Origin: Thiohalomonadaceae bacterium
Lineage (GTDB): Bacteria > Pseudomonadota > Gammaproteobacteria > Thiohalomonadales > Thiohalomonadaceae
DNA: 64,000 nucleotides
Assembly: GCA_050295975.1 (NCBI GenBank)
Contig: JBNKQR010000001.1
Location: forward strand, 17,335 to 81,334
Reading direction: 5' to 3'
Of the stretch, positions 1 to 10,603 are shown piece by piece; positions within the stretch are counted from its first letter, which is position 1, and the number at the start of each line of letters is the position of its first letter. A model generated the notes under the pieces. That model saw only the letters and a program-made list of their open reading frames with translations. It was not told the DNA's origin and searched no databases. The position numbers and the translations under genes are program-made.

Positions 1-126
1 CATGGCCTGACCTTTGGTATCTAGTGCGCCGATTATCGGGTATTCAGGTTTACATTGGAATGGTGGTTGCAGCGGCAGAGGGCGCGGAGTATCTTTTGCG
101 CTTTTCACCCCGGCGGAGATCCCCTC

Positions 127-990
127 ATGTTACCCAGCGACAAACCCTGGTATAGCGAAGCGAGCACAGAGCTCGGCGCGGCCTTTTCCCTGAGCCTGAC
201 CGCGAAGGGAAAACTGCATGAGGAGCAGACGCCGTTCCAGAAGATCGAGGTCTTCGAGACCGAAACCTTCGGCAATCTAATGACCATAGACGGTCTGGTG
301 ATGTTGACCACCCGCGACAACTTCCTCTATCACGAAATGATGTCGCACCCGGTGCTGTTCACCCATCCCAATCCGAAGCGCGTGTTGATCATCGGCGGTG
401 GTGACTGCGGCACCCTGCGCGAGGTGTTGCGTCACCCCGGTGTCGAGCTGGCGCAGCAGGTGGATATCGACGAGGGGGTGACCCGTGCATCGGAGAAGTA
501 CTTCCCCGAGTTGTGCGAATCGAACAACGACCCGCGTGCCGAGCTCTATTTCGATGATGGCCTGAAGTGGGTGAAGGAAGCGAAGGACGGTTATTACGAC
601 ATCATCATCGTCGACTCGACCGATCCCATCGGCCCGGCAGAGGGGCTCTTCGGTGAAGCCTTCTTCCGTGATTGCGTACGCGCCCTGAGTGACGATGGAA
701 TCCTGGTGCAGCAGAGCGAATCACCGCTCTATCATATGGAACTCCTCAAGGAGATTCACCGCTATATGCGCAGTGCCGGTTTTAACCACACCCAGACCCT
801 GCACTTCCCGCAGCCGGTCTATCCGTCGGGCTGGTGGAGCTGCACCATGGCATCAAAGAGTGCCTTCAGTGGTTTCCGCGAAAAGGATAGCGCCGAGCGT
901 CCTTTCAAGTCGCGCTACTACACCCCGGATGTGCACAAGGGCGCACTGGCCCTGCCACCGTTTATGCAGGAAGCGCTAGAAAGTTTGTGA
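127..990 (+). CDS. speE: spermidine synthase
   Basis: The track ORF 55..990 starts at TTG. I trimmed it to ATG 127, which is preceded by GGAGA at 115-119. Motifs LIIGGGDCGTLREV and IIVDSTDPIGPAEGLF are typical of SpeE. Confidence 0.9.
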   Translation: MLPSDKPWYSEASTELGAAFSLSLTAKGKLHEEQTPFQKIEVFETETFGNLMTIDGLVMLTTRDNFLYHEMMSHPVLFTHPNPKRVLIIGGGDCGTLREVLRHPGVELAQQVDIDEGVTRASEKYFPELCESNNDPRAELYFDDGLKWVKEAKDGYYDIIIVDSTDPIGPAEGLFGEAFFRDCVRALSDDGILVQQSESPLYHMELLKEIHRYMRSAGFNHTQTLHFPQPVYPSGWWSCTMASKSAFSGFREKDSAERPFKSRYYTPDVHKGALALPPFMQEALESL

Positions 991-1065
991 TCATTCAAAA
1001 CAGGTAGTGGACACAAGGATGTGGGACTGCCACTTCAATGGCGTGTTTTCTTTGCGCTCTGCGTT

Positions 1066-1083
1066 AAAGGCTTTTTAGCCTTT
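1066..1083. terminator. short hairpin between the convergent speE and ykgJ-like genes
   Basis: AAAGGCT-TTTT-AGCCTTT. The stem is A/T-flanked and could act in both directions. It is short and overlaps the minus-strand stop codon. Confidence 0.4.
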
Positions 1084-1340
1084 CAGTAATCACCCGTCAT
1101 CACTTCAAGCTCGAACAGGTTGCGTAGTGCCTCGGCACGATCCTCACCACAGGTTTCCATGTTGGCGCGAAAGCTTTTGCAGACTTTCGGTCGTGCCGGA
1201 TCGCCAAACAGAGAGCAGAGCAGTTTATCGTCAAGCTGTACGCAGTGATCACCCGCCGGTTTGCCCTGGGGCATACCGGGGATCGCTGAGCTGATCGAAG
1301 GGGCGATACAGCAGGCGCCGCAACCTGGACGGCACTTCAT
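1083..1340 (-). CDS. YkgJ-family cysteine-cluster (zinc/iron-chelating domain) protein
   Basis: 85 aa with an N-terminal CRPGCGACC motif and further Cys residues. There is a 4-nt start/stop overlap with the upstream small ORF. Confidence 0.75.
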   Translation of the reverse strand: MKCRPGCGACCIAPSISSAIPGMPQGKPAGDHCVQLDDKLLCSLFGDPARPKVCKSFRANMETCGEDRAEALRNLFELEVMTGDY

Positions 1341-1579
1341 TCGCTGAGCCAGCCCACAAGATAGAAGAGCATAAACCCTTCCGAGGAACGAGAAGGGCCA
1401 ACCACCTTGGCGGCGAAAAGATTCTTCTCCGCATCGGCAACCTGCAGTGCAGATTCCGCACTCTGATGAATCGTTACACAGTTTTCCGGAAAACGATCAC
1501 GTCCCTTGCCCGGTGCATAGATCACCGCAAAGTGCTCAGTAACCAGATTTGCCTGATCATCCCTGGGAGGCAGTGGCAT
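1337..1579 (-). CDS. hypothetical small protein (80 aa)
   Basis: The ATG overlaps the pyrE stop by 1 nt (TAATG), and its stop overlaps the next gene's start by 4 nt. This is a translational-coupling geometry. I recognise no family. Confidence 0.5.
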   Translation of the reverse strand: MPLPPRDDQANLVTEHFAVIYAPGKGRDRFPENCVTIHQSAESALQVADAEKNLFAAKVVGPSRSSEGFMLFYLVGWLSE

Positions 1580-2223
1580 TAGGCTACTCCATATTGCTCG
1601 CGGTAAGCGGTGATGGCATCGAGGTGTTCCGCCATCGCCGGGTCGTTCTTGAGGTAGCTCATCAGGTCAGCGAGGGTGATGATGCTCGCCACCTTCAAAC
1701 CGAAATTCTGCTCCACTTCCTGAATGGCGGAGAGTTCGCCCTTGCCCTTCTCCTGACGATCCAGGGCGATCACCACCCCGGCGGCCTCTGCCCCGGCAGC
1801 ATCGATGATCTCCAGCGCCTCACGGATTGCCGTACCGGCGGTGATCACGTCGTCGATGATCAGAATCTTCCCTGCCAGCGGTGCGCCGACAATGTTGCCC
1901 CCCTCGCCGTGATCCTTCGCCTCCTTGCGGTTGAAGCAGTAGGGGATGTTGCGCTGATGCTGGTCGTAGAGCGCCACAGTGGTGATCGCGGCCAGTGGGA
2001 TGCCCTTGTAGGCGGGGCCGAAGAGGGTATCGAAGCCGATACCAGCGTCCTGGATGGCCGCGGCGTAGAAGCGGCCGAGGCGGCTCAGGTGTTCGCCGGT
2101 GTTGAACAGGCCGGCGTTAAAGAAGTAGGGGCTGACCCGCCCGGACTTGAGCGTGAAACTGCCAAAACGCAGTACCTGATTTTGAATGGCAAAGTCGATA
2201 AATTCGCGCTTGTAGTCCTGCAT
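1579..2223 (-). CDS. pyrE: orotate phosphoribosyltransferase
   Basis: The track ORF was trimmed to the internal ATG at 2223 ([13 protein letters not shown]...). PRPP-binding motif [13 protein letters not shown]. The long N-terminal extension in the track is upstream read-through. Confidence 0.93.
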   Translation of the reverse strand: MQDYKREFIDFAIQNQVLRFGSFTLKSGRVSPYFFNAGLFNTGEHLSRLGRFYAAAIQDAGIGFDTLFGPAYKGIPLAAITTVALYDQHQRNIPYCFNRKEAKDHGEGGNIVGAPLAGKILIIDDVITAGTAIREALEIIDAAGAEAAGVVIALDRQEKGKGELSAIQEVEQNFGLKVASIITLADLMSYLKNDPAMAEHLDAITAYREQYGVA

Positions 2224-2335
2224 GGGGTGCTCCACTGGGCTGGTTGGCAAGGATGCGCATTGTAACAGCGATGCCCGATGCTCGCATCGTGCCCGCCTGT
2301 TATGATGGAGCAACGGCAATCGACTCAGGATCACA

Positions 2336-3586
2336 ATGCGTAACACCACCCGGGCATTCCTCCACCACGTTCTGAACTGGCGCATGCTGGTGGCCTTTTT
2401 TATGGGCTTTGCCAGTGGTATGCCGTTGCTGTTGACCGGATCGGTGTTGCAGGCGTGGATGACAAAGGAGGGTGTCGATCTCTCCACCATTGGTCTGTTT
2501 GCCCTGGTTGGACTGCCCTACACACTCAAATTTTTGTGGGCACCGCTGCTGGATCGTTTTACCCTGCCGTTGTTGGGCAGACGTCGCGGCTGGTTGTTAC
2601 TGATTCAGTGTGCGTTGGCAGTATCGATTGCCTGGCTGGGGCTGAGCAATCCTGCACAGCATATCTGGATGTTGGCGATCGCCGCCTTTCTAGTCACCTT
2701 TTTCTCTGCCTCCCAGGACATCGTTATTGATGCCTATCGTCGTGAAGACCTGAGCGACGAAGAGCTGGGCCTGGGCTCCTCGCTTTACGTTAACGGTTAT
2801 CGTCTTGGAATGTTGCTGGCGGGTAGTGGAGGCTTGATTCTGGCCGACTTTATTCCCTTCAGTACGGTCTATCTGCTGCTGGCCGCAACGATGAGCGTGG
2901 GTATTGTGACCACATTGTTGGCACGTGAACCGAATGTGGCAGAGGGGACACCTCGGACGCTGAAAGAAGCGGTGGTCAAACCCTTCGTCGAGTTTTTCTC
3001 CCGCCCCAGTGCCTGGCTCTTTTTGGGTTTTATCCTGTTCTACAAAATCGGTGATGCCATGGCCCAGGCGATGACTACACCGTTTTATCTCTCACTAGGC
3101 TTTTCCACCAGCGAGATCGGTGCCATCGCCAAGTTATTTGGTTTCTGGGCGACGATTATCGGTGGGCTTCTGGGCGGACTCTGGATCATTCGTCTCGGTA
3201 TCAATCGAGCCCTGTGGGTATTCGGTGTGCTACAGGGACTCTCCGCTGCTGCCTTTGCTGTGCTGGTCTGGACCGGGCACGACCTGATCTGGCTGGCGGC
3301 GGTGATCGCCTTCGAGAATCTCTCCGGTGGTATGGGGACAGCCGCTTACGTGGCCTTCATGGCCAGTCTCACTAATAAACGTTTTACTGCCACCCAGTAC
3401 GCATTGCTTTCCAGTTTGATGGGGATTCCGCGGGTACTGGCGGCGGCTCCTACCGGTTTCATGGCGGAACAGTTGGGCTGGGCTGCCTTCTTTATCACTT
3501 GCGGATTGATGGCGATACCTGGATTGCTGTTGTTGCAGCGTTTCGCCCCGTGGCGTAGTCTGCAACCGGCGACAAACACGGCATAG
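2336..3586 (+). CDS. ampG: AmpG-family muropeptide MFS permease
   Basis: [19 protein letters not shown]...[12 protein letters not shown] is the AmpG N-terminal signature. Multi-TM protein of 416 aa. Confidence 0.88.
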   Translation: MRNTTRAFLHHVLNWRMLVAFFMGFASGMPLLLTGSVLQAWMTKEGVDLSTIGLFALVGLPYTLKFLWAPLLDRFTLPLLGRRRGWLLLIQCALAVSIAWLGLSNPAQHIWMLAIAAFLVTFFSASQDIVIDAYRREDLSDEELGLGSSLYVNGYRLGMLLAGSGGLILADFIPFSTVYLLLAATMSVGIVTTLLAREPNVAEGTPRTLKEAVVKPFVEFFSRPSAWLFLGFILFYKIGDAMAQAMTTPFYLSLGFSTSEIGAIAKLFGFWATIIGGLLGGLWIIRLGINRALWVFGVLQGLSAAAFAVLVWTGHDLIWLAAVIAFENLSGGMGTAAYVAFMASLTNKRFTATQYALLSSLMGIPRVLAAAPTGFMAEQLGWAAFFITCGLMAIPGLLLLQRFAPWRSLQPATNTA

Positions 3587-3593
3587 GATTACG

Positions 3594-4274
3594 ATGATCG
3601 AAGTTACTTATTTTGCGGCCTTTCTGGTTGGCCTGCTTGGCGGAGTCCACTGCGTAGGTATGTGCGGCGGCATTGTCGGTGCCCTCAGTTTTGGTCTGCC
3701 GGAGCAGACTCGTGGCCGTTTCTCGGCACTGCTGCCCTACCTGATTAACTACAATCTCGGACGTCTGATCAGCTATACGATTGCGGGTGCGTTACTCGGT
3801 GGGGTGGGGGCGCTGGCGGCCAATCTGGTGACGCTGCATGAGGCACAGTCGGTGCTGCAGATCATCGCTGGTCTGTTCATGATCGCCATGGGACTCTATC
3901 TGGGTGGCTGGTGGTTCGGTATGAATAAGCTGGAGCGCCTGGGCGGCAAGCTGTGGCGTTTTATCGAACCCTTTGGTCGTCGCCTACTACCGGTACAGAA
4001 ACCATCACAGGCGCTGGTGATGGGGCTGGTGTGGGGCTGGTTGCCCTGTGGTCTGGTCTACAGCGCCCTGATCTGGGCGATCTCGGCGGGCAGTGCAGTG
4101 AAGGGTGGATTGTTGCTGCTCTGTTTCGGTCTGGGCACTCTGCCTAACCTGCTGGCGATGGGGATATTTGCCGGTAAGCTGACCGCGCTGCTGCGTCGCC
4201 CCGGCGTGATGCATCTGGCCGGGGCGCTGGTGATCCTGATCGGGGTGTTTACGATCGTCCGTCCGTACCTCTGA
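3594..4274 (+). CDS. DsbD_2 / TauE-SafE-like integral membrane protein
   Basis: Polytopic membrane protein with a GGVHCVGMCGG motif in the first TM segment. Confidence 0.7.
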   Translation: MIEVTYFAAFLVGLLGGVHCVGMCGGIVGALSFGLPEQTRGRFSALLPYLINYNLGRLISYTIAGALLGGVGALAANLVTLHEAQSVLQIIAGLFMIAMGLYLGGWWFGMNKLERLGGKLWRFIEPFGRRLLPVQKPSQALVMGLVWGWLPCGLVYSALIWAISAGSAVKGGLLLLCFGLGTLPNLLAMGIFAGKLTALLRRPGVMHLAGALVILIGVFTIVRPYL

Positions 4275-4283
4275 GCTCGTCGA

Positions 4284-4721
4284 TTACTTAACGAAAAACT
4301 GCTGCGAGAAGCTCAACGGAAAAACCTTCTTCTCACCCTGGGGTACGATCTGGATGTCGAACTTCAGTTTCTGTCCGTTGGTGATCGGTAACTCCGCCAG
4401 GTAGTAGACGACCGGTCCCTCGTTAATCTCCTTTATCTTCAACTTGCTTACCTTGCCGGTGATATCGCCGCTCTTGCCTGTCACTTTGGCTTTGAACGGT
4501 TCATACACACCCAGCTTCCCCTTCTTCTGTACGGTAATATTGACCACCGCCTCATAACTGCTGCGACTGAGTCCATACCCTTTGGCAACCTCGGGCGAGA
4601 GCATGTCGGAGTTAAAGGCGTTGTAGTGGACACGGTATTCTCCGAAATCCTTGTACTGCTCGGCCTGTAGCGGCAGGCTTGCCAGTAGTAGCAACGGGAA
4701 TAACAGACTGCGGAAAGACAT
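4284..4721 (-). CDS. DUF4426-like periplasmic protein
   Basis: Trimmed to ATG 4721, which is preceded by AGGAGG. Signal peptide MSFRSLLFPLLLLASLPLQA, followed by a beta-rich body. Confidence 0.7.
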   Translation of the reverse strand: MSFRSLLFPLLLLASLPLQAEQYKDFGEYRVHYNAFNSDMLSPEVAKGYGLSRSSYEAVVNITVQKKGKLGVYEPFKAKVTGKSGDITGKVSKLKIKEINEGPVVYYLAELPITNGQKLKFDIQIVPQGEKKVFPLSFSQQFFVK

Positions 4722-4828
4722 AACACCCTCCTTGTTTTCGCTTGTTGTAGTGTAGAGACAACTATAGACCACTCATAAACAGACTATATGGGCGTCAGGA
4801 TTGATCTCAAAATAAGACAGCTTCCAAA

Positions 4829-5434
4829 TTAACCGCGCTGGAAGCGGTAAAGTGCGATTTCGCCCAGCAGATTGGGTAGCAGGCGCATGCCGATACTGCT
4901 GCGGTGAGCCGTATCGACGACATTGCGCTGCAGCACCTCGATATTCAGGTGCCGACAGAGCTGTTCGAAGTCGTGCAGCGTGCAGAGGTGGATATTAGGG
5001 GTGTCGTACCACTGATTGGGCAGGGCGCGGGAGATGGGCATATGCCCACCCATGGCTATTTGTGCCCGACTGCGCCAGTGGCCGAAGTTGGGAAAGGTGA
5101 CGATGCCCTGGGCACCGACGCGCAACATTTCACTGAGCAAGCGTGACGGGTAGTACATCGCCTGCAGGGTTTGGGTCATCACTACGTAGTCGAAGGAGTT
5201 GTCGTCGAAGTAGTCGCTGAGCCCAGCATCCAGGTCGCTCTGGATCACGTTCACGCCACGGCCGATACAGGCGACAACATTGTCCGGATCGATTTCCAGG
5301 CCGTAACCATCCACGTCTCGCTCCCGCTTCAGGTACTCCAGCAGCGTGCCGTCACCGCACCCGAGATCGAGTACCCGGCTGCCCGGTTCTATCCATTCGC
5401 TGATGATCGCCAGATCGGGGCGTAGCTCACTCAT
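4829..5434 (-). CDS. metW: methionine biosynthesis protein MetW
   Basis: [18 protein letters not shown]-fold motif. There is a 4-nt overlap with metX upstream, which is the classic metXW pair. Confidence 0.9.
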   Translation of the reverse strand: MSELRPDLAIISEWIEPGSRVLDLGCGDGTLLEYLKRERDVDGYGLEIDPDNVVACIGRGVNVIQSDLDAGLSDYFDDNSFDYVVMTQTLQAMYYPSRLLSEMLRVGAQGIVTFPNFGHWRSRAQIAMGGHMPISRALPNQWYDTPNIHLCTLHDFEQLCRHLNIEVLQRNVVDTAHRSSIGMRLLPNLLGEIALYRFQRG

Positions 5435-6579
5435 GCGCTTGCCTCCGTGGCAACCCGCGCCATGTAGGAGCGGAAGACATCAAAGTAGTGGGGGATGGGG
5501 ATGAGGAAGGCGTCGTGGCCATGATGCGCCTCTACCTCGGTATAACTTACGGTTTTGTCGCCATCGAGCAGTGCCTTCACCAGTTCCCTTGAGCGTTCCG
5601 GTGAAAAGCGCCAGTCACTGGTAAAGGAGACCACCAGGAATTTGGCGGTGACATTGGCCAGCGCAGCGGAAAGATCACCACCGTGTTCCGCCGCCGGGTC
5701 GAAGTAGTCCAGCGCCTTGGTCATCAACAGGTATGTGTTGGCGTCGAAGCGCTCAACAAAACTCTCACCCTGATAGCGCAGATAACTCTCCACCTGAAAC
5801 TCTACATCGAAGCCGAAGCTGATCTTGCCCTCGCGCAGTTCACGACCAAATTTCTTGCGCATGGCGTCGTCGGAGAGATAGGTGATGTGTCCCAACATGC
5901 GGGCTATCTTCAGGCCCGTTGCGGGGACGGTGTTGTGTTCGGCGTAGCGACCAGCATGGAAATCGGGATCGGAACGCAGTGCCTGACGCACCACCTCGTT
6001 AAAGGCGATGTTCTGTGCAGTGAGGTTGGGTGCGGCGGCGATCACTACCGCGTGACGTATCCGTTGCGGATAATCGATGGCCCATTGCAGCACCTGCATA
6101 CCGCCGAGGGAGCCACCAATCACTGCTGCCCACTGCTCGATACCGAGGTGGTCGGCGAGACGCGCCTGGCTGTTGACCCAGTCGTGTACGGTGACGATAG
6201 GGAAGTCGGGTCCCCACTGCTTGCCGGTGGCTGGGTTGACGCTGCTGGGACCACTGGAGCCACGGCAGCCACCAAGGTTGTTCAGTGAGACAACAAAGAA
6301 ACGGTTGGTGTCGATGGGCTTGCCGGGACCAATGGCCGAATCCCACCAGCCGGGTTTCTGATCTTCCATGCTGTAGTAACCGGCGGCATGGTGATCACCG
6401 GAGAGAGCATGGCAGATGAGTATGGCGTTGCTTTTGTCGGCATTGAGTTCGCCGTAGGTTTCGACGATCAAATCATACTGCGCCAGCACCTGTCCGCAAT
6501 CGAGATTGAGCGGGGTGTCGAAGTGCAGGGTTTGGCTGGTTACCAGACCGACGGAGTCGGCCGGGATCGATTCAGGCAT
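5431..6579 (-). CDS. metX: homoserine O-acyltransferase MetX
   Basis: Alpha/beta hydrolase with GGSLGGMQ nucleophile elbow, 382 aa, upstream of metW. Confidence 0.92.
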   Translation of the reverse strand: MPESIPADSVGLVTSQTLHFDTPLNLDCGQVLAQYDLIVETYGELNADKSNAILICHALSGDHHAAGYYSMEDQKPGWWDSAIGPGKPIDTNRFFVVSLNNLGGCRGSSGPSSVNPATGKQWGPDFPIVTVHDWVNSQARLADHLGIEQWAAVIGGSLGGMQVLQWAIDYPQRIRHAVVIAAAPNLTAQNIAFNEVVRQALRSDPDFHAGRYAEHNTVPATGLKIARMLGHITYLSDDAMRKKFGRELREGKISFGFDVEFQVESYLRYQGESFVERFDANTYLLMTKALDYFDPAAEHGGDLSAALANVTAKFLVVSFTSDWRFSPERSRELVKALLDGDKTVSYTEVEAHHGHDAFLIPIPHYFDVFRSYMARVATEASA

Positions 6580-6645
6580 TGACGCTCTTTATGCTCGGGC
6601 TGAGGATGTGGGGCAGTCTAAACAGCACCAATTCTTCGTGCAAGA

Positions 6646-8619
6646 TCAACTGGCCTTGGCACGGGGTGCGACAGGGGCTGCCTCGGCATCCAGCGGACGG
6701 TTGATCACCTTGAGGATACCGTTCAGTTCATCGTACTGCTGCTTCAACACACCGGCGTTTTTCTTCAACTCGGCCATGCGACTTTCCAGGGTGTCGCGGG
6801 ACTCGTTGATGCGGCGCAGGTTCTCCAGCCGCTTGTCCATTTGCGACTTGTGCTCCTTGATCTGACGCACCAGTGGTGACATTACCGCCTTGCTCCAGCT
6901 CTCCGCATCGCGGTGGGCCTTGAAGAAGACGTTGCGGGCATGACTCACCAGGGAGATGAAGAATTTCTTGATCACGTAGTGCTGTTCAGTAAGCACGGTG
7001 ACCGGGCTGTTACAAAATGCCTCAGCTTCTTCGTAGAGTCGGTCCATGTCCTTAACGTATTTGTCGATGTCGTACAGCACAGGTTCGATACCTTGCAGAC
7101 CATGCTCAGACTGGAACTTGTGATAGACCGTTGTGATGAGACGATTTAGCTGTTCCGAGTAGGTGTCCACTTCTTTGAGCATGGCGCTGATGCCGTCGAA
7201 AAAGGTTTTCATCCCGCCTTTGAGGCCGTGAGTGGTCCAGGTACCGGTCATCGAGTCGCGGCTTTTGGAGACCAGCTTATCCAGTTCGGTGAGGCTGAGC
7301 ATGGAGAGTAGTTTCTTGCTCTGCTCCGAGAGGATCTTCTTGTTGGCGTTAAAGCTTTCCACATTCTTGTGATAGGCCACCTGCTCTTCGCGAGTCTTCT
7401 GCATCAGGTGTTCAATGACGTCGTTATTTTTGCCGCTCAGGCCGTTCAACTCTTCCAGTTGGCTCTTGATCGACTGGAAGCGCGAGGCGAGTAGATCGCG
7501 TGAGTCCTGAATCATGGCGCCGACGTCTGCTTTGACATGGTCACGCACGATGTCCTGCTGATAGGGCAGGATCTCGTTACCCAGGATATCTTCCAGCTCA
7601 AGGATGTTGCTGCGTGTGAGCAGTTCCTGATCATGGCGGATCTTGGCCAGTAGACCCTTTTGCGCCGAAACGGGGTGCACCAGACGGGCATCGATACCGA
7701 GGGTTTGTGCCGCACGTTTGGCCTGTTCGCCGATGATGCGATTGATGTCGTCGTGAGTTTTCAGGTCGTCCCACAGGGTATCGATCTTGTTGAGGATAAC
7801 CACGGTGCCTTTTTCGCGGCCACTGCGTAGCGGTTTAACGTTGTGAACCCACATATCCAGGTCGGACTTAGTCACACCAGTGTCGGCAGACATAACAAAC
7901 ATCACCGCCTGGGCGTTGGGCAGCATGTTGAGGGTCAGTTCCGGTTCGCTACCGAGGGCGTTGAGTCCGGGGGTGTCGAGGATCACCAGACCCTGCTTGA
8001 GCAGCGGATGGGGGAAGCTGATCAGTGCGTGGCGCCACAGCGGTACATCGACCTCATCCGGCGGTGCGCCATCGGGTTTATTGAGATGGGTGTCTGCTTC
8101 AGAGTAGAGCCCCAACTTTTGCGCCTCGTCGCGTGAGACCCGTTTGGTCTTGACGATTTCGCGGAACGCCTCGGCCATGTTGTCAGCGTTGTCCAGATCG
8201 AGGTCGATATGACTCCAGTGGATCGGCTCGTTACGGTATTCGGAAACGCTGGTATCTTTAAGCCGGGTCTCGATCGGCAGCAGGCGGATGTAGGCATGCT
8301 CATGCTCAGAGTCGTAGAACAGTTCTGTGGGGCACATGGTAGTACGGCCAGCCTCAGAGGGGAGCAAGCGGCGATCATATTCGGAGAAGAAGATGGCGTT
8401 GATCAATTCGGTTTTGCCGCGGGCAAATTCGGCGACAAAGGCGATAGTCAGTTTGTCCGAACGTAGGGAGCTGATGCTTTCAAAGATGCGCAATTCATCT
8501 TCGGGGCTACCCATTTCGTTACTGAGTAGCCACTGCTGGTAATCGTTGATGCCGGCGATAAGGTCGTGCTTCCACTCGCCGTAAGCATGCATCTGTTCGG
8601 TAAAACGTCGGTTTACCAT
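6646..8619 (-). CDS. bacterial dynamin-like GTPase
   Basis: G1 AEFARGKT, G3 DTPG and G4 NKID motifs, followed by a long helical, coiled-coil-rich C-terminal region. 657 aa. Confidence 0.8.
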   Translation of the reverse strand: MVNRRFTEQMHAYGEWKHDLIAGINDYQQWLLSNEMGSPEDELRIFESISSLRSDKLTIAFVAEFARGKTELINAIFFSEYDRRLLPSEAGRTTMCPTELFYDSEHEHAYIRLLPIETRLKDTSVSEYRNEPIHWSHIDLDLDNADNMAEAFREIVKTKRVSRDEAQKLGLYSEADTHLNKPDGAPPDEVDVPLWRHALISFPHPLLKQGLVILDTPGLNALGSEPELTLNMLPNAQAVMFVMSADTGVTKSDLDMWVHNVKPLRSGREKGTVVILNKIDTLWDDLKTHDDINRIIGEQAKRAAQTLGIDARLVHPVSAQKGLLAKIRHDQELLTRSNILELEDILGNEILPYQQDIVRDHVKADVGAMIQDSRDLLASRFQSIKSQLEELNGLSGKNNDVIEHLMQKTREEQVAYHKNVESFNANKKILSEQSKKLLSMLSLTELDKLVSKSRDSMTGTWTTHGLKGGMKTFFDGISAMLKEVDTYSEQLNRLITTVYHKFQSEHGLQGIEPVLYDIDKYVKDMDRLYEEAEAFCNSPVTVLTEQHYVIKKFFISLVSHARNVFFKAHRDAESWSKAVMSPLVRQIKEHKSQMDKRLENLRRINESRDTLESRMAELKKNAGVLKQQYDELNGILKVINRPLDAEAAPVAPRAKAS

Positions 8620-8804
8620 GGACTCACTTACTCCGATCTTTATTATTTATGTACCCAACTGGGGTTTATTTCATATTTACCCGGCGGTATCCACTCTGAC
8701 CTTCCGTTTTGTGAAAGAGTGCAAACTCCACATTACGGTTCTCCTCCCATCCTCAGGATATCCGGGGTTAAGACTCGATAATAGCACGGCTTTTCCCTTT
8801 CAGG

Positions 8805-9104
8805 TCATAGCCTTTGGGTTATGGCAGCCGCATCTGGGAGCCGTTTTGGTGCCTTGATTGCAAAGCGTTTATCCCTTCCCGTATCACCTTTGAGCAGGGT
8901 GACCTGACTTTTGGCAACACCGAAGCTTTTGGCAAGAAATTTAATCAGGTGTTGATTGGCTTTGCCATCCACGGGTGGGGCAGTGATGCGCACCTTGAGG
9001 CTATCGTCGCCGTGTGGGCCGACGATTTCATCACTGCTGGCGCGGGGTTGCACTCGCAGCGTGAGTAGCAGAGTGTCGCCCTGCCAACTATACCAACCAG
9101 ACAT
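8805..9104 (-). CDS. yggU: DUF167 protein YggU
   Basis: [13 protein letters not shown]...APPVDGKAN...L..FLAK is the DUF167 signature. Confidence 0.85.
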   Translation of the reverse strand: MSGWYSWQGDTLLLTLRVQPRASSDEIVGPHGDDSLKVRITAPPVDGKANQHLIKFLAKSFGVAKSQVTLLKGDTGRDKRFAIKAPKRLPDAAAITQRL

Positions 9105-9688
9105 CAGCTACCGAGTAGCAGGCCGACCAGCAGCATCTTCAGCACCTGCAGACCAAGCAGCACCAGCATCGGTGACAGATCCAGACCGGCGATGGGTGGA
9201 AGCATGCGTCGAGCAGGTCGTAGTAGCGGTTCGGTGAGGGTGTGGAGCAACGCCAATGCCGGGTTGTAGTTACCGGGGCTAACCCAACTAGCAATCACCT
9301 GAATGAAGATGGCGACCATGTAGATGCCGATAGTCAGGGTGAACAGGTCGAGCAGAGAGACCAGAAGAAGGCTGACCGGACTCGTGAGCTGTCCGTCCAG
9401 CAGGCCAAGGAAGTTGTATGGGGCGATATGTGCGCCGACCAACGCTACCTGTACCAGGGTCACAAGATAGGCCAGCAGCAGGCAGGCCATATCGAGTCCG
9501 CCCCAGCCCGGGATGATGCGGCGTAGGGGGCGTAGCAGTGGACTGGTTACCTTCACAATGAACTGTGACAGGGGGTTATAGAAGTCTGCCCGTGCCCACT
9601 GCAGCAGAAAGCGCAACAGGATCAACGCAATGTAGAGCTGGAAAAGGGTGGAGAGCAGGAAATCGGCTATTTGAAGCATGACATTCAT
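9104..9688 (-). CDS. yggT: YggT-family membrane protein
   Basis: Duplicated YGGT-type TM repeats ([13 protein letters not shown] / [14 protein letters not shown]). Located between proC and yggU. Confidence 0.85.
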   Translation of the reverse strand: MNVMLQIADFLLSTLFQLYIALILLRFLLQWARADFYNPLSQFIVKVTSPLLRPLRRIIPGWGGLDMACLLLAYLVTLVQVALVGAHIAPYNFLGLLDGQLTSPVSLLLVSLLDLFTLTIGIYMVAIFIQVIASWVSPGNYNPALALLHTLTEPLLRPARRMLPPIAGLDLSPMLVLLGLQVLKMLLVGLLLGS

Positions 9689-9690
9689 CG

Positions 9691-10518
9691 CTACTGTGCT
9701 CCCAGTTGATCGGCAAGTTCTACAGCGCGATCTCTTGCCCCACGCAGTGCCTGTTCGAACAGACTGCGTATCTCGCCCTGTTCAAGGATACTGATGGCAC
9801 GTTCGGTGGTTCCTCCGGGGGAGGTAACTCGACGGCGTAGTTCCGCCGGGTCGTCTGGACTCTCCAGTGCCATCTTGGCTGCGCCGAAGGCTGTTTGGAG
9901 TGCCAGCAGACGGGCGCTCTGTTCCGGCAGCCCAAGCTCAATACCGGTCTGTTGCAACATCTCAATGAGCAGGAAAAAGTAGGCGGGGCCACTGCCAGAG
10001 AGGGCGGTGACCGCATCGAGCTGGGTCTCGTCATCGACCCACAGGGTGAGGCCAACTGCACGCATGATTCCCTCGGCCAGTTCGTGCTGGGTAGCATTGA
10101 CCTGCGGGTTTGCGCAGAGAGCGGTGGCGCCGCTTTTGAGTAGCGACGGGGTGTTGGGCATGCTGCGAACGATGGCACGGTTACCACCGAGCCAGCGATC
10201 AATATCGACAGCCCTTATTCCGGCGGCAATGGAGAGGAACAGCGGGGAGCTCTTCTGGGCTGTGTCGACTATACCCACACAGACGTCGTTCAGTATCTGC
10301 GGTTTAACCGCCAGTACCACCACGTCAACAGAAGAAGTCAGTTCATTGTTGTCTGCGGTGGTGCGCACAGCAAACTTCGTTTCCAGTTCCTGGCGGCGTG
10401 CCGCTGTCGGTTCCGCGACCAGGATGTGGTCGGCAGAGAAGCCGTCGCTGATCAGTCCACCAATGAGACTGGCGGCCATGTTGCCACCACCGATAAAGCC
10501 AATTTTGCTCTTTTTCAT
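9691..10518 (-). CDS. proC: pyrroline-5-carboxylate reductase
   Basis: Trimmed to ATG 10518 (MKKSKIGFIGGGNMAASL, a Rossmann motif). C-terminal VTSPGGTTE motif. Confidence 0.92.
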   Translation of the reverse strand: MKKSKIGFIGGGNMAASLIGGLISDGFSADHILVAEPTAARRQELETKFAVRTTADNNELTSSVDVVVLAVKPQILNDVCVGIVDTAQKSSPLFLSIAAGIRAVDIDRWLGGNRAIVRSMPNTPSLLKSGATALCANPQVNATQHELAEGIMRAVGLTLWVDDETQLDAVTALSGSGPAYFFLLIEMLQQTGIELGLPEQSARLLALQTAFGAAKMALESPDDPAELRRRVTSPGGTTERAISILEQGEIRSLFEQALRGARDRAVELADQLGAQ

Positions 10519-10603
10519 AAGTTCTGCCTGTCTGGATGCCCGTTTATGTGTTGCGGCTAACAGATCACAAGATACCGTATCGATCAGAATACTGCATCGT
10601 CGT

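Noticed and set aside
1549-2265. 238-aa plus-strand ORF
   Set aside because: It lies entirely antisense to pyrE, whose identity is unambiguous. It has the typical shadow-ORF composition of GC-rich coding DNA.
2224-2490. N-terminal extensions of track ORFs: pyrE to 2490, proC to 10731, metK to 36791, cbbR to 46538, cbbM from 47181, ruvX to 17796 and the methyltransferase from 46429.
   Set aside because: The homologous protein begins at an internal start codon that has an SD or a stop/start overlap. The extensions read through promoter or neighbouring-gene DNA.
8680-8740. Possible 16-codon leader peptide (MWSLHSFTKRKVRVDTAG) with a GGAGG SD upstream of the dynamin gene
   Set aside because: It is too short to evaluate without conservation or ribosome-profiling data and has no obvious attenuator partner structure.
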